A stretch of 64,000 bases of DNA. It comes from Prorocentrum cordatum. Taxonomy: Eukaryota. The position numbers and the translations under genes were made by a program. Below the pieces are notes generated by a model. The model had not been told where the DNA came from. It worked only from the letters and a program-made list of their open reading frames with translations, and did not search any database. The stretch lies in the NCBI GenBank assembly GCA_963575745.1, contig CAUYUJ010000270.1:434001-498000 (forward strand), in the 5' to 3' direction. Below, one piece after another: positions 58,361 to 64,000 of this stretch (the stretch's first letter is position 1; each line of letters starts with the position of its first letter).

Positions 58361-59884
58361 ACGCCGAACGTGCCAGCAAGCACGTTAGTAGTTTGCGAGG
58401 CTTATTTGCGGGGCACGCCACAGATCACGGACGCCCTCAGGACTCGTCATTCATCTCCTCCTCCTCCTCCTCCACCTCCTCCTCCTCCTCCTGCACCTCC
58501 TCCCCCCGCCTCTTCCACTTCTCTTTCAACGGTCTTGCTGGCCTTCGCTTTGGGGCGAATACGGAGCGGGAGGAGGAGCAGCAGAAGCAAGAGGAGCAGT
58601 AACAGGAGGAGCAGCAGGAGCCTCACGACGCGGTCGAAAGCTCCAAGCACCGTCGGCATTGGTTTGTAACACCGCGTGGATTTCAATACTGAAGGATATC
58701 CGCTCTCGGAGGACCATGGAGGTCATCGACCTCATCTTCGATATCGATTTCGGGCCGTGGACTCGTTTCTGAGGGTCCCGGGGCCCGAAACGAGCCCCTG
58801 CGTCGCGTTCAACCTCGAACGCCCGCTCAGCCGAAAGCCGATCGACATCGCCCCCCCGACCCGCAGCCCTCCGAGTAGGGCACCTTGGTAATGAGTCTGT
58901 CTGAACGATGCGCACAGCAACAGCATGCAAGCGCCACAACACGCATGTGAGCAACGAAACATGACTTCCAGCACCACGCCATGCCTACAAGCTCGGCGCC
59001 GCAACAGGTGGCGAACCTGCGAGCGCCACATCACGTTTGTGAGCACCAAAGCATGCCTCCTAGCACCACGCCAGGCTTGTGATCACAGCGCCATACCCGC
59101 GGGGGGTCCGCCCCCTAGCACGTAGGGGGGGGGTCCAGGCCACCCGCCCAGTACGATCGTTACCGTTGCCAGAGGGGGGGGCGGGAAACGAGCGTTACGC
59201 TGGGGAGTGTTCAACAAAAATGATCACCAGATAGAGGGCGGGTCGCTTTCAAAGCGTGGCTATCGCCTTAGGGCCGCGCAGAGTTGCCCTAAGCAATTGC
59301 AGGAGCTTCGTGGATGGAGGACAGGTGGTTTATCAAAACGTGGCTCTCGCCCCAGCGCCGCGCACACTAGTCTTAAACGCTTGCAAGGGCTTCACGGACT
59401 GAGGGCGGGTCGTTTTCAAAGTGTGGCTCTCGCATTCGCGACGCGCATATGCGCTTTAGTCATTGCAAGCATCTCACGGATTGAAGGCGGTTCCTTTTTA
59501 AATTGCGGCTGTCGCCGTAGCGCCCCGCAAGCATTCCTTTTACACGTGCACAAGATCTTCACGGATTGAGGGCGGATGATTTCCGCCATGTGGCTCTCGC
59601 CTGGGTTCCGACCGCATTCGTCTGGGAAATTTGCAGGAGTTCCACGGATTCCCATGATTAGCGGAATTGTGTGTTCAAAAGATTCAAAATTGCATGGGCG
59701 CAACAGCTGCGTTGAATCGTGGCGTTTCAAGTCCCAGGAACTGCGTTTGGGCACGATTCAGGATCGCCAAAACACAAACGTAGCAGTGACTCGCGGCGTC
59801 GAACACAGAGGCATGGTGTCCAGGCAACGTTCAGGAGTTTCAGACGGTTGTTTTCCAACGAGCCGGTTCCTGAATTAAGATTAT

Positions 59885-61518
59885 CCTGACAGCGCAACCT
59901 AACAGCGATGTGTATAAGCATACCTGGAAGTATTCCCCTTAAGTTTCAGGTGAGAAGCCAGTTGTAGAATTCTGCTGTTCTCGCAGTCGCAGTCGCATTC
60001 GCAATGACAGTCGCAGTGGCAACGGCCTTAGGATCCAATAGAATCCTAAGGATTCCGAGGGATTCCTAAGGCATCCTTAGGCATCCTTAGGAATCCATAG
60101 GAATCCTTAGGAAACCTTAGGAATCCTGATTCCTATGGATTCCTAGGGATTCCGAAGGATTCCTGAGGAATCCTAAGGATCCCTAAGGATTCCTGAGGAT
60201 GCTTAACTATGCTTACGTATTCCTAAGGATGCCTACGGATTCCTAAGGATTCCTATGGATTCATATGGATTCCAACGGATGCCTCAGCCTGCCTCAATTT
60301 CAGCCTCAGCCTCAGCCTGCCTCGGCTTGCCTCAGCCTCAGCCTCAGCCTGCCTCAGCCTCAGCCTCAGCCTACCTCAGCCTCAGCCTCAGCCTGCCTCG
60401 GCCTCAGCCTGCCTCGGCCACAGCCTGCATCAGCCTCCCCTCCTCCCCCCCCCCTTCCCCCCTCCCCTTCAGCCTCACCTTGTCTCAGCTTCGGCCTGCC
60501 TCGGCCTCATCCTCAGCCTCAGCCTCAATCTCAGCCTCAGCCTGTCTCGGCCTGAGCATGCCTCGGCCTCAGCCTCAGCCTCAGCCTCAGCCTCAGCCTG
60601 CCTCAGCCTCAGCCTCAGCCTCAGCCTGCATCAGCCTCAGCCGCAGCCCTCAGCCTCAGCCTCAGCCTGCCTCAGCCTCAGCCTCAGCCTGCCTCAGCCT
60701 CAGCCTCAGCCTCAGCCTGCCTCAGCCTCAGCCTCAGCCTGCCTCAGCCGCAGCTCAGCCTCAGCCTCAGCCTCAGCCTGCCTCAGCTTCAGCCTCAGCC
60801 TCAGCCTGCCTCGGCTTGCCTCAGCCTCAGCCTCAGCCTGCCTCGGCCTCAGCCTCAGCCTCAGCCTGCCTCAGCCTCAGCCTCTCAGCCTCAACCTGCA
60901 TCAGCCTCAGCCTCAGCCTGCCTCAGCCTCAGTCTCAGCCTGCCTCAGCCTCAGCCCGCCTCAGCCTCAGCCTCAGCCTGCCTCGGCCTCAGCCTGCGTC
61001 AGCCTCAGCCTCAGCCTGCCTCAGCCTCAGCCTCAGCCTGCCTCGGCGTGCCTCAGCCTCAGCCTCAGCCTGCCTCGGCCTCAGCCTGCCTCAGCCTCAG
61101 CCTGCCTCAGCTCGGGCATTCGAAATATGGCACAGGACTGGTGTTCTGGGAGCACGAAGATCACGAAGTGGCCCACAGTTGGCTCCGGGCAATCAAAATA
61201 TTGTACAGGAGTGGTGTTCTGGAACACGAAGAACACGAAGTGGCCTACAGTTGGCTCCGGGCATTCAAAATGTGGCCTGGGAATGGTGTTCTGGGAATGC
61301 GAAGAACACTAAGTGGCCTACAGTTGGCTCCGGGCATTCAAAATGTGGCCTGGGAGTGGTGTTCTGTTGGCTCTGGGCAGTCACAATGAAGCCTGGGTAA
61401 GGTTTTTAAGAGTCCCCGGTTTTCCCCGGCATCCCCCGGATCCTGCCCAGACCCCCCTGGGGAATCAGGATGCTTTCTTTTGACCCCACTAGGAACCTAT
61501 CAGTCTTCGCTGTCAGGT
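59885..61518. mobile_element. Non-autonomous TIR element copy 1, containing (GGATTCCTAA)n, (GCCTCA)n and a 73-bp repeat
   Basis: CCTGACAGCG (59885) and ACCTAACAGCGA (59897) are inverted to TCGCTGTCAGGT (61507-61518). Confidence 0.6.
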
Positions 61519-62257
61519 AAAAGAGTTTGGATGAAGGGCGCCTTGCAAAATCATGGAGGAAACTTGGATTCACGCTGGTCCTAATCCTATTGTTCGTCCG
61601 TATCCCTCGCCCCATCCGTACTCGTATCCCACTCCGCGCTTCGATGCCCCCGTCCTCCTGACTCCTTTCTTTCTCCTCCTCCTTCTCCTCATCCTCGTCC
61701 TCCTCCTCCTCCTCCTCCTCCTCCTCCTCTCCTCGTCGTGCTCGTCCTCGTCGTCGCCATATCCCGCGGACCCTCTTTCTCTTTCTCTCTCTCTCTCTCT
61801 CTCTCCTGTCCTCCATCTCACCTGATCAATCGTCATCAGCGCCGCTCAACGATGCACTGTTCAACCGAACTTGCAGGGCGGGCCCTTTCGCTGATCCGTG
61901 CTTCGCTGCGGGTCGTCTGCGTCGTCTGCGCGCCTCGTTTTCAGCGTCATTGTCGGCGTCGTCGTGGTCATGGTGCGCGTTGGTTTGCTCGGAAGTTGCT
62001 CCTCTTATGCAATGGCCACCCAGTTGGCGTGTCAAGCATCGCGCGCCGCCTGGCTGTCCGTCTGTCCGTCCGTCTGCCTTTTTTCCCCGGCTGCCTGAGC
62101 CGCGGTGCTTGGAGCTTCCTAGCTGTGGGACGCGTCGTCCACCGCCATTGTCGTTGTCGCCGGCATCCGAATCAGTGGCCCTGACGAAAAGGCGGCAGCG
62201 GCAAAGGCAATGCCGATGCGAGCCCAGAGTATATAGCAAAATGATCCCGGCAAAGCA

Positions 62258-63772
62258 ACCTAACAGCGATGTGTAGAAGCATATCTGGAAGCATTCGCCT
62301 TAAGATTTAGGTCAGAATCCAGTTGTACAATTCTGCTGTTCTCGCAGTCGCAGCCTCAGCCTGCCTCGGCTTGCCTCGGCCTCAGCCTCAGCCTGCCTCG
62401 GCCTCAGCCTCAGCCTCAGCCTCAGCGTCAGCCTCTCAGCCTCAGCCTGCCTCAGCCTCAGCCTGCATCAGCCTCAGCCTCAGCCTGCCTCAGCCGCAGC
62501 CAGCAGCTTGCCTCAGCCTCAGCAGCCTCAGCCTCAGCCTCAGCCTGCCTCTCAGCCTCAGCCTCAGCCTGCCTCAGCCTCAGCCTGCCTCAGCCTCAGC
62601 CTCAGCCTGCCTCAGCCTCAGCCTGCATCAGCCTCAGCCTCAGCCTGCCTCAGCCGCAGCTTGCCTCAGCCTCTCAGCCTCAGCCTCAGCCTGCCTCAGA
62701 TTCAGCCTCAGCCTCAGCCTGCCTCGGCTTGCCTCAGCCTCAGCCTCAGCCTGCCTCGGCCTCAGCCTCAGCCTGCCACAGCCTCAGCGTCAGCCTCTCA
62801 GCCTCAGCCTGCATTAGCCACAGCCTCAGCCTGCCTCAGCCTCAGCCTCAGCCTCAGCCGCAACTTGCCTCAGCCTCAGCCACAGCCTCAGCCTGCCTCA
62901 GCTTCAGCCTCAGACTCAGCCTGCCTGGGCTTGCCTCGGCCTCAGCCTCAGCCTGCCTCGGCCTCAGCCTCAGCCTCAGCCTGCCTCAACTTCAACCTCA
63001 GCCTGCCTCAGCCTCAGCCTGCATCAGCCTCAGCCTCAGCCTGCCTCAGCCGCAGCTTGCCTCAGCCTCAGCCACAGCCACAGCCACAGCCTCAGCCTGC
63101 CTCAGCTTCAGCCTCAGCTTCAGCCTGCCTCGGCTTGCCTCAGCCTCAGCCTCAGCCTGCCCCGGCCTCAGCGTCAGCCTCTTAGCCTCAGCCTGCATCA
63201 GCCTCAGCCTCAGCCTCAGCCTGCCTCAGGCTCAGTCTCAGCCTGCCTCAGCCTCAGCCTGCCTCAGCCTCAGCCTCACAGTTGGCTCCGGGGCATCAAC
63301 ATGTAGCCTGGGAGTGGTGTTCTGGGAACACGTAGAACACGAAGTGGCCTACAGCTGGCTCCGGGCATTCAAAATGTGGCCCGGGAATGATGTTCTGGGA
63401 ACGCGAAGAACACGAAGTGGCCTACAGTTGGCTCCGGGCATTCAAAATGTGGCCCGGGAATGGTGTTCTGGGAACACGAAGAACACGAAGTGGCCTACAG
63501 ATGGCTCCGGGCATTGAAAATGTGGCGCGGGAGTGGCGTTCTGGGAGCACGAAGAACACGAAGTGGCCTACAGTTGGCTCCGGGCATTTAAAATCATGCC
63601 CAGGAGCGGAGTTCTGGGAACTTGAAGACCACGAAGTGCGTGACTGTTTGATTAAAACGAATTCCCCGGCATCCCCCCGGCATCCTCCCCCGGATCACGC
63701 CCAGACCTCCCTGGGGCGTCATGATGCTCTCTTTTGACCCTACTAGAACCCTATCAGTTTTCGCTGTTAGGT
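62258..63772. mobile_element. Non-autonomous TIR element copy 2, containing (GCCTCA)n and a 73-bp repeat
   Basis: Perfect 12-bp TIR ACCTAACAGCGA / TCGCTGTTAGGT; homologous to copy 1. Confidence 0.6.
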
Positions 63773-64000
63773 AAAAAGGGTTTCAACCAGAGTTGCGTGA
63801 CTGCTGATCAGGGGGGGTTGTGCTCAGGGGAAGCTGCAGCAACCCTCATCGATCTGCTGTTAAACCGAACATGCAGGGTGGGTCCGTTCCCTAATCTTTT
63901 ATTCGGCAAAGATTGCGCACGCGCGCCTCGTATTTGTCATGTTGTCGGCGTCGTCGTCGCCTTGGTCATGGTACGTGTTGCTCTGTTCGGGACTTCCTCC

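Noticed and set aside
60255..63517. PQ/AS/LS-repeat ORFs
   Set aside because: Translations of the (GCCTCA)n hexamer satellite

Overview
GC-rich, repeat-dense eukaryotic DNA. The GC/GA splice donors, micro-exons and retroelement types suggest a dinoflagellate (Prorocentrum-like; inference). The window appears to lie inside one minus-strand host gene: five small, phase-compatible exons (57338-57397, 50517-50583, 44370-44432, 19146-19198, ~867-1016) separated by 6-25 kb introns. The introns hold three retroelements, all on the minus strand. (1) A ~6.6 kb tyrosine-recombinase (DIRS-order, Ngaro/PAT-like) retrotransposon at 10590-17227. It has split direct repeats, a small membrane ORF, gag-like, RT-RNase H, YR and a C5-DNA-methyltransferase, and is integrated at a TCAT core inside a (CAT)n microsatellite. 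(2) A decayed ~18 kb non-LTR element at ~22030-40080 with the order DNMT, APE, RT, CCHC, SET-like, RNase H. This is followed co-linearly by a large cargo: an Upf1-family SF1 helicase, a possible RNase III-like domain, zinc fingers and a Trp-rich tail. This is the best candidate for an undescribed system. (3) A truncated, degenerate LINE RT at ~45950-48440. The rest is microsatellites, minisatellites, palindrome arrays and non-autonomous TIR elements. Lesions in conserved motifs look strongly biased to T>C/A>G. All domain calls are by eye from motifs; no searches were run.
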